Below the pieces are notes generated by a model that was given only the letters and a program-made list of their open reading frames with translations, was not told the DNA's origin and did not search any database. A stretch of DNA of 64,000 bases from Spirochaetia bacterium (GTDB taxonomy: Bacteria > Spirochaetota > Spirochaetia > SZUA-6 > Bin103): contig CBDBDQ010000005.1 in NCBI GenBank assembly GCA_965203905.1, positions 2,432,001 to 2,496,000 on the forward strand, in the 5' to 3' direction. The position numbers were made by a program, and so were the translations under genes. Below, piece by piece: positions 51,754-61,795 of the stretch. How positions within the stretch are numbered: the stretch's first letter is position 1; the number at the start of each line of letters is the position of its first letter.

Positions 51754-52191
51754 ATGGATCAATCCGACACTCAGTTTATCAATCCTCGCAATCTGACTCG
51801 CAAGTGGTACGTCATCGATGCCGGCGGCCGACCTTTGGGCCGGGTAGCGGCGCGTGTGGCCACGGTGCTGCGTGGCAAACATCGTCCCTACTACACCCCG
51901 CACCAGGAAGTGGGCGATCACGTGATCGTGATCAATGCCAGGCATGCGCTTCTGACCGGCAGGAAAGTCGAGCAGAAACAGTACTACCGCCATTCCGGCT
52001 ATCCCGGAGGACTCAAGACCGAGAGCTACGCCCACGCCGTGGCGCGCAAGCCGAGTTTCCCGATGGAGCAGGCGGTGCGCGGGATGCTGCCCAAGGGGCG
52101 CCTGGGCCGCAAGCTGTTCGGGAACGTCAAGATCTATTCCGACGCGTCACATCCGCATGCCGCGCAACAACCGGAGGAGCTCAGCCTATGA
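51754..52191 (+). CDS. rplM: 50S ribosomal protein L13
   Basis: WYVIDA...LGR.A, LRGKH.P.YTP, YYRHSGYPGG, RGMLPK. Confidence 0.98.
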   Translation: MDQSDTQFINPRNLTRKWYVIDAGGRPLGRVAARVATVLRGKHRPYYTPHQEVGDHVIVINARHALLTGRKVEQKQYYRHSGYPGGLKTESYAHAVARKPSFPMEQAVRGMLPKGRLGRKLFGNVKIYSDASHPHAAQQPEELSL

Positions 52192-52586
52192 CGGCAGCAG
52201 TCAACCTGGCAGCCGGCACCGGGCGCCGCAAGACCGCGATCGCTCGCGTGTACCTGCGCACCGGCAGCGGCAAGATTCAGGTCAACGGCCACCAGCTTCG
52301 CGACTATTTTCGGGCCGACGACCTGGAACGCGAGGTGATCGAACCGCTCGACGTCACCGACAATCTGGCCGCCTACGACGTTCTGATACGGGTAACTGGC
52401 GGTGGTCCGCATGGCCAGGCCGGTGCCTGTCGCCACGGTCTGGCCCGGGCGCTGGTGAGTCACGACGAGAGCAATCGGCGGGCGTTGCGCGCCAACGGCA
52501 TGCTGACCCGCGACCGCCGCATGGTGGAGCGCAAGAAGTACGGCCAGCCCAAGGCACGCCGGCGCTTTCAGTTCTCCAAGCGTTAG
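52188..52586 (+). CDS. rpsI: 30S ribosomal protein S9
   Basis: GTGRRKTAIARV, GGG..GQAGA, LTRD.RMVERKKYG..KARRRFQFSKR. Confidence 0.98.
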   Translation: MTAAVNLAAGTGRRKTAIARVYLRTGSGKIQVNGHQLRDYFRADDLEREVIEPLDVTDNLAAYDVLIRVTGGGPHGQAGACRHGLARALVSHDESNRRALRANGMLTRDRRMVERKKYGQPKARRRFQFSKR

Positions 52587-52654
52587 GACGGGTTCGGTAC
52601 CGCAAACCGGGGGCGGTCCAAGAGCGGCGTCGGGCGGCGGTTTCGGGGCGCTAG

Positions 52655-53356
52655 TTGTCGGGCTTACCCGACGGAGTAAGGATTACACGAATCGATCCGG
52701 CGCGAGCCGGTTCCCGGGTACGGTGGGCGCGCCCTACCGACACCGTGGCAGTTCACACCGGCAGCGACGGGTCGGGTGAGGTCTGGTACCTCGCGGCGGA
52801 GTTGCGCACCGTGGCGGGGCTGCGTTCCGGGGATAGCGCCGATCGCGCGGCGCTTGCGGCCATGCAGCGGCGCTCCGAGGTGCTGCTGGCCGGAAGGCGG
52901 GGGCTGGCGCTGCTGGCGCGTAGCATGCACAGCCGGCGCGCACTGGCTCTCAAGCTGCGGCGCGCCGGCTTCGGCACGGCAGCGGTTACGCAGGCTCTGC
53001 AGCGTCTGGACGAACTCGGATATGTCGACGACATCGGCTTCGCACGTGTGTGGGTGCGCGGGCGCGTGGAACGTGGAGGTGACGGCCGCGCCCGGGTGTT
53101 GGCGGGGCTGTTGAGCCGCGGCGTTTCACGGCAGGACGCACAGGCTGCGGTTGCCGCGGAGTACCCGCTCGAACGCGAGGCCGAGGTCTGTCGAGAGCTG
53201 GCAGGACGCCTGGCCCAGCGGCTAACCCCCGGCGACCGTGGCCGCACGCGCCTCGCGCGCCAGCTTGCCCAGCGCGGCTTTCCCGACCACCAGATTCTGC
53301 AGGCGCTGCGGGACCTGGATCTTGCGGACGGGATGGCGGATGGGTTCGACGGCTGA
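52655..53356 (+). CDS. recX: Regulatory protein RecX
   Basis: LL.R..HS...L..KL...GF, L...GYVDD..FA, L..RGV, LAQRGF; start uncertain. Confidence 0.8.
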   Translation: MSGLPDGVRITRIDPARAGSRVRWARPTDTVAVHTGSDGSGEVWYLAAELRTVAGLRSGDSADRAALAAMQRRSEVLLAGRRGLALLARSMHSRRALALKLRRAGFGTAAVTQALQRLDELGYVDDIGFARVWVRGRVERGGDGRARVLAGLLSRGVSRQDAQAAVAAEYPLEREAEVCRELAGRLAQRLTPGDRGRTRLARQLAQRGFPDHQILQALRDLDLADGMADGFDG

Positions 53357-53639
53357 CACCGCCGCGCCCGGTCGCCTGGAGGCGCGGGTGCGCGGGCGGG
53401 TACAGGGCGTCGGATTCCGCTATGCCACCGAGCGCCGGGCGCGGGCCCTGGGACTGACCGGTTACGTCCGCAACGAGGCGGACGGTTCCGTGCTGGTGGT
53501 GGCAGAGGGGCTCCCGGAGCGGCTCGGCCAATTGCTCGACTGGCTGCGCCGCGGTCCGCCCGGGGCACGGGTTGCGGCGGTACAGCACCGCCCGGCCGCC
53601 TTCCGCGGCGAGTTCCGCCGCTTCAGCGTCGCCTATTGA
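53340..53639 (+). CDS. acyP: Acylphosphatase
   Basis: [28 protein letters not shown]. Confidence 0.95.
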   Translation: MGSTADTAAPGRLEARVRGRVQGVGFRYATERRARALGLTGYVRNEADGSVLVVAEGLPERLGQLLDWLRRGPPGARVAAVQHRPAAFRGEFRRFSVAY

Positions 53640-53673
53640 GTCGCGAACCGGCTATCGGGACCGGCGCGCTCAC

Positions 53674-55024
<1,351 letters not shown>

Positions 55025-55085
55025 CCGTATGGCGCACGATCGAGCGTCGAGCCGTGGCTGCTCAGTGAGGCATATGGACGCTACG

Positions 55086-56150
55086 CTATTGGGAACGGGT
55101 ACGAATGGCATCCAGAGCGCCCAGCAGTCGCGGGCGCAGGCGACCGTAGTAGCGCTGGCGCAGCAGCTCGGCATGGCGCAGGAGTCGATACGGCAGCGGG
55201 CGCACGGCGTAGTCCCAGCAACCCCAGAAATGAACGATGTCACCGCCGAAGCCGGTCTTGAACCGGTACAGCCCGAACCACGGGTGCTCGGGATCGGCCG
55301 CCGGCGGGATGCCGTACAGGTCGTAACTGCGGCAGCTCTGGGCCTGCGCCAGCTGCATCGCCTCCCACTGCAACGCGTAGTTGGCCATCGCTTCGCGCTG
55401 ACGCGGCGCTGAGGCCCCGTACAGGTAGCGCGCCATGCGGCCGCACACGCTGACGATGATGCCGCCGACCAGCTGGTCACGGTAGTGCGCCGACAGCAGA
55501 AACAGCTGCGGCGCGTCCACGGCAGCGGCAAGCTCGAACAGCGTCGCGAAGTATGCGCCACTGTGGGCCGTGATCCGATGGCGCTCGGCGGTGGAGCGGT
55601 AGAGGGAATACCAGCCGGCCAACGGTTCCCCCAGCGCCTGCGGTGCGCTGGCAACGGTGACCGTCACCCCGCGGCGCCGTGCCAGGCGGATGTTGTAGCG
55701 GGTCTTCGACTTCATTCGCGCCAGGAGCTGGTCCTCATCTCCCAGGAGGCGCACCAGCACGGTGCTGGTGGGCTGCACGTCCACCGGTGCCCGGTACAGT
55801 CGACCGGCGGCGCTCGGCGGTGGGGCCTCTTCCGCAACCGGCCACGGCAGATCGTAGCGCACTACCGTGGGACGCGCCTGCAAAGTGATCGCGGGGGCCA
55901 GATCTTCCAGCATGCGACCGGCGGCGGGCGCGGCGGGCGCGCGCGGCGGGCCCCCGGGAACGTAGACCAGGGGACCCAGCGGCGTGGAACGCGTCAAAGC
56001 CAGGAGCGTGCCACCGTCGCCGGCAGCGTTCCACTGCAGCGGCTGCGCTCGCCAGCCGAAACGTTCCTTGAAACGTCCCCAGAGGGCGCTCTGCAGCAAC
56101 TCGTCGCCCGGCTGCAAGTCGTCAAGTGCTATCGACGACGCTTCCGCCAT
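55086..56150 (-). CDS. FemABX-family peptidoglycan interpeptide-bridge aminoacyltransferase
   Basis: LLQS..WG.FK...GW, KSKTRYNIRLA.RRGV, YLYGAS, NYALQW, YDLYG, GLYRFK.GFGG. Confidence 0.9.
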   Translation of the reverse strand: MAEASSIALDDLQPGDELLQSALWGRFKERFGWRAQPLQWNAAGDGGTLLALTRSTPLGPLVYVPGGPPRAPAAPAAGRMLEDLAPAITLQARPTVVRYDLPWPVAEEAPPPSAAGRLYRAPVDVQPTSTVLVRLLGDEDQLLARMKSKTRYNIRLARRRGVTVTVASAPQALGEPLAGWYSLYRSTAERHRITAHSGAYFATLFELAAAVDAPQLFLLSAHYRDQLVGGIIVSVCGRMARYLYGASAPRQREAMANYALQWEAMQLAQAQSCRSYDLYGIPPAADPEHPWFGLYRFKTGFGGDIVHFWGCWDYAVRPLPYRLLRHAELLRQRYYGRLRPRLLGALDAIRTRSQ

Positions 56151-56221
56151 GCCGGCATCGTAGCGCGACCAGGCGGCACCTCGCCATGCCGGCGCGGCCC
56201 GCCGCCTGCCCGCGCCGGGCG

Positions 56222-57559
56222 CTAACGGCGCAGCGCGGCGATCAGACGCTCGGCATCCTCTACCGAGATCTTGCCCTCCTGCAGCAGGTTGAGCACGGTC
56301 TTGACCTCTTCGCCGCTGGCTTCCTGCCGCGCCTCGGCCCCGCTGTCGGCGTCCTCGCGCTCATCGTGCCAGCGCCGGCGGTGTTCGTGGCGGCGAGCGC
56401 CGGGAGCGCCGAACTTGAACGCGCGGCGCATCTCGCGCGACACTTCTTCGCCGAGACGGCCGAACTTCATGCCGAACTCCTTCATGTCGCGCATGAACCG
56501 AGGAAACTCCTCGCTGAAGTCGACATCGAACCAGATCCCCTCGTGCTCCGGGTCGTGGTGCGAGAACTCCTCCTCATGGTCACGGCGTCCAGTCTCGAAA
56601 TCGGTGTGCTTGGTCACTTCGATCCCTCCTCTCAGGTTGTTGATCAGGAGCAGCATCTGCGGCGTCCCGGAGCCGAACTGCAGCGTGGTCACGCCGCGTT
56701 CGCTGCGGGTGCGAGCGCTGCCGAGGTAGTTGCGCATCACCCCGAGGGTGCGCGCCTTGACCGTGGCGCTGACCTGCTCCGGCAGGGCCACGGTGATCGG
56801 TCCGTTGGCGGAATAGACGGCCAGGCGCGGCGTTCCGGCCGTGGGTCCGGCGTCGTCGGCCGCGGTGTCGGGCTCGGCGTTGGGCTCGGCGTCGGGCGCC
56901 AACTCCGCTGCGGCGTCCCGCTCCCGTGGCGGCAGGGGGGCGACCTGCAGGGCGATGCGGCCATTGGCGCAGCGCACGCTGCCGCCGCCGATGCGGCCGC
57001 GTGCCAGGCGCACCCGTCCGTTGGAAGTGGATACCTGCAGCCGCGGCGTCTCGATGTCGTCCAGGTTGACCGATCCATTGGCGGCAGACACTTCCAGCTG
57101 GGCGGCTACGCTGGCGCAGAGGTTGATCGCCCCGTTGGCCGCCGCGAGGCGCAGCGGTCCACGATGCCGGCGCACGTCGATCTTCCCGTTGCGGGTGCGC
57201 GCGTTGAGCTGGCCGGCCAGGTCGCGCACCTCCAATGCGCCATTGCGGCTGCGCAGGCGGAGCTGGGTGGTCGCGGGGACCCGCAGCCACAGCCTGCCTT
57301 TCTCCGGATCGTCCACGTGGCGTTCATCCAGGGTCGCCACCGGCGGCCCGCCCTCATCCGCCTCCCGCGTCCGGACCGCGAACCGCTCCGGTACGTGCCG
57401 CGGCGCCTCCCCGTGCTCGGGAACGAAGCGCGCCTCGGCGGTGTGGTCGTCGCTCGGCTCCACGGTGAGCGGCGTATTGCGCAGATTGACTTCGAGGCGG
57501 GGGACATCCGCCGCCACTGGCAATTCGATCGTCATACACTCCTCCATCTGGTCGATCAC
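56222..57559 (-). CDS. DUF4097 beta-strand-repeat protein with C-terminal SHOCT-like helix (YvlB/LiaG-like)
   Basis: Repeated (S/T).NG.(I/V).L units; VLNLLQEGKISVEDAERLI. Confidence 0.8.
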   Translation of the reverse strand: MIDQMEECMTIELPVAADVPRLEVNLRNTPLTVEPSDDHTAEARFVPEHGEAPRHVPERFAVRTREADEGGPPVATLDERHVDDPEKGRLWLRVPATTQLRLRSRNGALEVRDLAGQLNARTRNGKIDVRRHRGPLRLAAANGAINLCASVAAQLEVSAANGSVNLDDIETPRLQVSTSNGRVRLARGRIGGGSVRCANGRIALQVAPLPPRERDAAAELAPDAEPNAEPDTAADDAGPTAGTPRLAVYSANGPITVALPEQVSATVKARTLGVMRNYLGSARTRSERGVTTLQFGSGTPQMLLLINNLRGGIEVTKHTDFETGRRDHEEEFSHHDPEHEGIWFDVDFSEEFPRFMRDMKEFGMKFGRLGEEVSREMRRAFKFGAPGARRHEHRRRWHDEREDADSGAEARQEASGEEVKTVLNLLQEGKISVEDAERLIAALRR

Positions 57560-57990
57560 AGTTGGCGCAGGGCGTCGTCGACGGCGATGCGTCCGCTGCG
57601 TACGTCGTGCAACAGCGCCAGGCGCGCGCTCCGCGCCGGCGGATTTTCTGCCGGCGCTGCAATTTCCTCGTCCTCGTGCGGCTCGGGCGGCTCGGCATCG
57701 GCGCGCAAGCGTGCCTCCGCCAGGCGCGCATTCACGCTTGCCAGGCGCGCCTTGACCGTGGGATAGGAGATCCCCAAGCGCCGTTCCACGCTGCGGAAGT
57801 TCCCTTCCGCTTCCAGAAACACGTTGACGAAGTGCAGCAGCTCGTCAGGCAGGGCACACACCTCGCAACGGCGGAACGAACCGCGCAGCACCGTGCCGCA
57901 GCCGCGGCAACGGTATTCCTGCACCAACAGTTCATCCGCGCACAGCGGGCATGCGCCGAGGCTCTCCCGCACCTCCGATCTCGCTGGCAT
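57556..57990 (-). CDS. DUF2089-like Zn-ribbon/HTH protein
   Basis: CPLC..C..C, FV..F...EGN...VE..LGISYPTVKARL, SHOCT-like end. Confidence 0.85.
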   Translation of the reverse strand: MPARSEVRESLGACPLCADELLVQEYRCRGCGTVLRGSFRRCEVCALPDELLHFVNVFLEAEGNFRSVERRLGISYPTVKARLASVNARLAEARLRADAEPPEPHEDEEIAAPAENPPARSARLALLHDVRSGRIAVDDALRQL

Positions 57991-58010
57991 GGGCTTCAAT
58001 GTCGTGCCTA

Positions 58011-58050
58011 CCCTTTTATAAATCAAGATCGTAATTGAATTTTTTAAGGG
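58011..58050. promoter_or_regulatory. AT-rich imperfect inverted repeat (putative operator) upstream of the DUF2089 gene
   Basis: CCCTTTTATAAATCAA-N8-TTGAATTTTTTAAGGG, 12 of 16 positions complementary. Confidence 0.55.
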
Positions 58051-58090
58051 ATGGGCTCGCCGCGGCGGGTGCCGCCTGCGGCCCCGATTC

Positions 58091-58119
58091 TTGACTCCGC
58101 GGCTACGGCGCGCTACGTT
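58091..58119 (+). promoter_or_regulatory. Sigma70-type promoter of hflKC
   Basis: TTGACT-N17-TACGTT. Confidence 0.6.
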
Positions 58120-58206
58120 CATGCAGATTGCAGCAGCCCAGGCACGCGGGCCGGCCCCAGTGGTGGGAAACGGCGCCGCCACGGCGCTGCGCAGTCAGGG
58201 GGATTC

Positions 58207-59193
58207 ATGGCAGAACGTGATGTGACGCAGGCGCGGATGGCGGGCAATTTCAGTCCGCGGGCGGTCGGTGTCGTAATCGGTGTCGTCGTCCTGTTCGCGA
58301 TCATCGTCTCGAGCGTGTTCGTGGTTGACCAGCGAGAGACCGCGGTGGTGCTCCGCTTCGGGCGCTTTACGCGGTTCGCCGACGAGGGTTTGCACTTCAA
58401 GCTGCCGTTCGGGATCGACCGCAACATCAACGTCGAAACCGAGCAGATCAAGAAACTGGAGTTCGGCTACCGCACCGAGCGCGCGGGCGTCCAGACCGTA
58501 TTCTCACCTCAGGACTTTCCCGAGGAGTCGGTCATGCTCACCGGCGATCTCAACATCGTCGACGTCGAGTGGTCGATCCAGTATCGCATCGTCAACCCGC
58601 GCGACTACCTGTTCAACGTGCTCGACCAGGAGAAGACGCTGCGCGACATCTCGCAGTCGGTGATCAACCAGCTGGTGGGCGACCGCGCGATTCTGGACGT
58701 AATCGGCACCGAGCGCGAGAACATCGAGTTCATCGGCCAGGAGCGGATGAACGAGATCTTCGCCTCCTACGGGCTGGGGATCAACGTCACCGCGCTCAAG
58801 CTGCAGAACATCGTGCCGCCCAAGGGCGCGGTGCAGAACGCGTTCGAGGACGTCAACAAGGCGATCCAGGACCGCAGCCGCTTCATAGAAGAGGGCAAGG
58901 AGGCGTTCAACCAGGCGATCCCGCGGGCGCGCGGGCAGGCGCTGCAGATCATCCAGGAGGCCGAGGGCTACCGTGAGGAGCGCATCAACCGCGCCCACGG
59001 TGACACGGCCCGCTTCCGCGCCGTATACGAGGAATATGAGCGCAACCCGAACGTGACCCGTTCGCGCCTCTACTTCGAGATGTTCGAGGACGTGTTCATG
59101 AACGCGGACGGCACCGACCTGATCGACCGCAACCTGGACAACTTCATCCCGCTCAAGAACCTGGTGCCCACCTTCCAAGGAGCCACGCAGTGA
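58207..59193 (+). CDS. hflK: FtsH protease modulator HflK
   Basis: TM, VVLRFG, GLHFKLP, MLTGDLNIVDV...QYRI, AF.DV.KA, PRARG.A, AEGY. Confidence 0.93.
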   Translation: MAERDVTQARMAGNFSPRAVGVVIGVVVLFAIIVSSVFVVDQRETAVVLRFGRFTRFADEGLHFKLPFGIDRNINVETEQIKKLEFGYRTERAGVQTVFSPQDFPEESVMLTGDLNIVDVEWSIQYRIVNPRDYLFNVLDQEKTLRDISQSVINQLVGDRAILDVIGTERENIEFIGQERMNEIFASYGLGINVTALKLQNIVPPKGAVQNAFEDVNKAIQDRSRFIEEGKEAFNQAIPRARGQALQIIQEAEGYREERINRAHGDTARFRAVYEEYERNPNVTRSRLYFEMFEDVFMNADGTDLIDRNLDNFIPLKNLVPTFQGATQ

Positions 59194-60188
59194 AAAAAGG
59201 CGTTACCGTAGCCGTCGTCGTCCTGTTCCTGATCATCGTCTTCCTCATGCTGGGCCCGCTGTGGGTGCTGCAGGAGGGCGAGCAGGCGGTGCTGCTGCAG
59301 TTCGGCCGCATCGTGGCCTCGCATCAGGACGCCGGCCTCAAGCTCAAGACCCCGGTGATCGACCGCGTGGTCAAGTTCCCCAAGAAGATCCTGTCCTGGG
59401 ACGGCGCCGCACAGCGCATCCCCACCGAGGAGAACCAGTTCATCTGGGTGGACACCACCGCGCGCTGGCGCATCGAGGACCCGGCACGGTTCTACGAGTC
59501 GGTCACCACCATCGACCAGGCGGCGTCGCGCCTCGACGACATCATCGACTCCGAGGTGCGCAAGATCATCTCCCGCAACCCCCTCACCGAGGCGGTGCGC
59601 AACTCCGACGTGATCAACCAGATCGAACGCCGCAACGTGTTCGCCACGGCAGGCGCCGAAAACGAGATCGACGAAAGCGTTATCGGGGATACCTTCACCC
59701 AGATCACCTACCCGGGCATCCTCAAGGGTCGCACTGAACTGTCGGACGAGGTGCTCACCGAGGCGCGCAAGCTGATCCCGCAGTTCGGCATCGAGGTGAT
59801 CGACGTGGTGATCCGCCAGATCAAGTACTCGGACGACCTCACCGAGAGTGTCTACAACCGCATGATCGCCGACCGGCAGCAGATCGCGCAGGCGTTCCGC
59901 TCCGACGGCGAAGGTCAGAAGGCAGACTGGCTCGGGCGCCGCTCGCGCGAGTTGAACGTGATCCTGTCCGAGGCGCGGCGCCAGGCGGAAGAGATCAAGG
60001 GCGACGCCGATGCCCAGGCCGCCAACATCTACGCCGAGGCCTACAACCAGGACCCCGAGTTCTACGAGTTCTGGAAGGCGGTCGAAGCCTACCGGATGCT
60101 GATGCCGAAGTTCCGCAAGACCCTCACCACCGACGCCGAGTTCTTCAAGTACCTGTACAACCAGGAGGGACAGCTCAGCGGACCGTAG
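59190..60188 (+). CDS. hflC: FtsH protease modulator HflC
   Basis: LQFG, GL..K.P, VD..ARWRI.DP, GIEVIDV, VYNRM..R...A..RS.G, DPEFY.F, FFKYL. Confidence 0.93.
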   Translation: MKKGVTVAVVVLFLIIVFLMLGPLWVLQEGEQAVLLQFGRIVASHQDAGLKLKTPVIDRVVKFPKKILSWDGAAQRIPTEENQFIWVDTTARWRIEDPARFYESVTTIDQAASRLDDIIDSEVRKIISRNPLTEAVRNSDVINQIERRNVFATAGAENEIDESVIGDTFTQITYPGILKGRTELSDEVLTEARKLIPQFGIEVIDVVIRQIKYSDDLTESVYNRMIADRQQIAQAFRSDGEGQKADWLGRRSRELNVILSEARRQAEEIKGDADAQAANIYAEAYNQDPEFYEFWKAVEAYRMLMPKFRKTLTTDAEFFKYLYNQEGQLSGP

Positions 60189-60240
60189 GAGTAGGAGCCC
60201 TTCGGGTTACGACGGGGGAGCGCTTGGCGGCCGCCGGCCA

Positions 60241-61770
60241 ATGAACCCTCTCCCCCTGTCACGGCTGGCGGCGGCGATCGGGCCGGACACGGTGCGCGGC
60301 GGTGCGGACCGCGCCGTCACTCAGATCTGCTACGACAGCCGTCGCGCAGAGCCGGGTGCGCTGTTCGTGGCGCAGCCCGGCGTCCACGTGGACGGGCACC
60401 GGTTCATCGACGCCGCCGTGGCAGCCGGCAGCGTGGCCGTGGTGCACAGCCGCGAGTTGAGCCGTTACGCACCGGGCGTCACCTACCTGCGGGTGAGCGA
60501 CCCGGCCGCCGCCCTGTCGCGTGCCGCGGCCTGCTTCTACCGCCACCCGTCGCGGGAGTTGACCGTGGTCGGGGTCACCGGCACCAACGGCAAGAGCACC
60601 ACCGCATGGTGGATCTATCATCTGCTGCGCCACCTGCAGGTCCCCGTGGGGCTGATCTCCACGGTGGGCTGCGACTACGGTGCCGGTCTCGGCGCCAATC
60701 CCGAGCACGTGACGACTCCGTTGGCGGTCGAAACCCATGCCGCGCTACGCACCATGGTCGATGCCGGGCTGCAGGCGGCGGTGGTGGAGGCTTCCTCCTG
60801 GGGCCTGGCAGCCGGCAGCCAGCGGCTGGCGGACGTGTGCTTCGATGTCGGGGTGATCACCAACTTCAGCCACGACCATCTGGAGTTGCACGGCAGCGAG
60901 GCGGCCTACCTGGACGCAAAGCTCAACCTGTTCCGCGGATTGCGCGGTCGCCACGCCTTCGCAGTGGCGCCGCCGCAACTCGCTGAGCAGGTACGCGCCG
61001 TGGGCGCGATCCCGGTGCACGTATACGGCGGCGACCCGGATGCGCAGGACGCCGGGGCAGCCGCGGCCGGGGCCCACGAGCCGCACAGCGGCGGGCTGCC
61101 GCGCGGCGGCCTGCACTTCGTGCTGCACCTGAGCGGCGCCACGGCGCCTTGCACCCTAACGGCACCCGGTCCGTTCAATCTGGCCAACTGCCTGTCGGCG
61201 GTCTCGGTGGTGGCGCGCTGGCGCGGCCTGGGTGCCGCCGACCTGGTGGCGCCGATCGCGGCCTTGCGCCTGCCCCCCGGACACATGGAGGAGGTCGACT
61301 GCGGACAACCCTTCCGGGTGGTGGTCGACTATGCCCATACCCCGGAGGCGTTTCGCGTCGCGCTTTCCTATCTGGCGGGCCACGCCCGGCGCGCCGGGGG
61401 ACGCTTGATCGCCGTGTTCGGCTCCGCCGGGGAACGCGACGTGGACAAGCGCCCGCAGCAGGGTCGCATCGCCTGCCAATATGCCGACCTGGTAGTGCTG
61501 ACCGATGAGGACTGCCGGGGTGAGGACCCGTTGGCGATCCTGCAGCAGATAGCGGCGGGATGCAGCGGCCGTACCGTGGGCGTCGACCTGGTGCTGGAGG
61601 TGGAGCGGGAAGCGGCGATCACCTACGCCGTCGCCGCCGCGCGCCCACGCGACGTGGTGGTGCTGCTCGGCAAGGGACACGAGGCCAGCATCATTGGCCC
61701 CGGTGGGCCGCGGCCGTGGGATGAGCGAGCCGCCGCGGTAGCTGCGTTGCGCGACGCCGGCCACGGCTGA
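60241..61770 (+). CDS. murE: UDP-MurNAc-L-Ala-D-Glu--diamino acid ligase
   Basis: YDSR, DGH.FI, GVTGTNGKSTT, TTP, TNF..DHL..H, VDYAHTP, FGSAGERD..KR, LTDEDCRGE, GKGHE. Confidence 0.93.
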   Translation: MNPLPLSRLAAAIGPDTVRGGADRAVTQICYDSRRAEPGALFVAQPGVHVDGHRFIDAAVAAGSVAVVHSRELSRYAPGVTYLRVSDPAAALSRAAACFYRHPSRELTVVGVTGTNGKSTTAWWIYHLLRHLQVPVGLISTVGCDYGAGLGANPEHVTTPLAVETHAALRTMVDAGLQAAVVEASSWGLAAGSQRLADVCFDVGVITNFSHDHLELHGSEAAYLDAKLNLFRGLRGRHAFAVAPPQLAEQVRAVGAIPVHVYGGDPDAQDAGAAAAGAHEPHSGGLPRGGLHFVLHLSGATAPCTLTAPGPFNLANCLSAVSVVARWRGLGAADLVAPIAALRLPPGHMEEVDCGQPFRVVVDYAHTPEAFRVALSYLAGHARRAGGRLIAVFGSAGERDVDKRPQQGRIACQYADLVVLTDEDCRGEDPLAILQQIAAGCSGRTVGVDLVLEVEREAAITYAVAAARPRDVVVLLGKGHEASIIGPGGPRPWDERAAAVAALRDAGHG

Positions 61771-61795
61771 GGCCGGCGCCGCCCCCCGCTGACGT

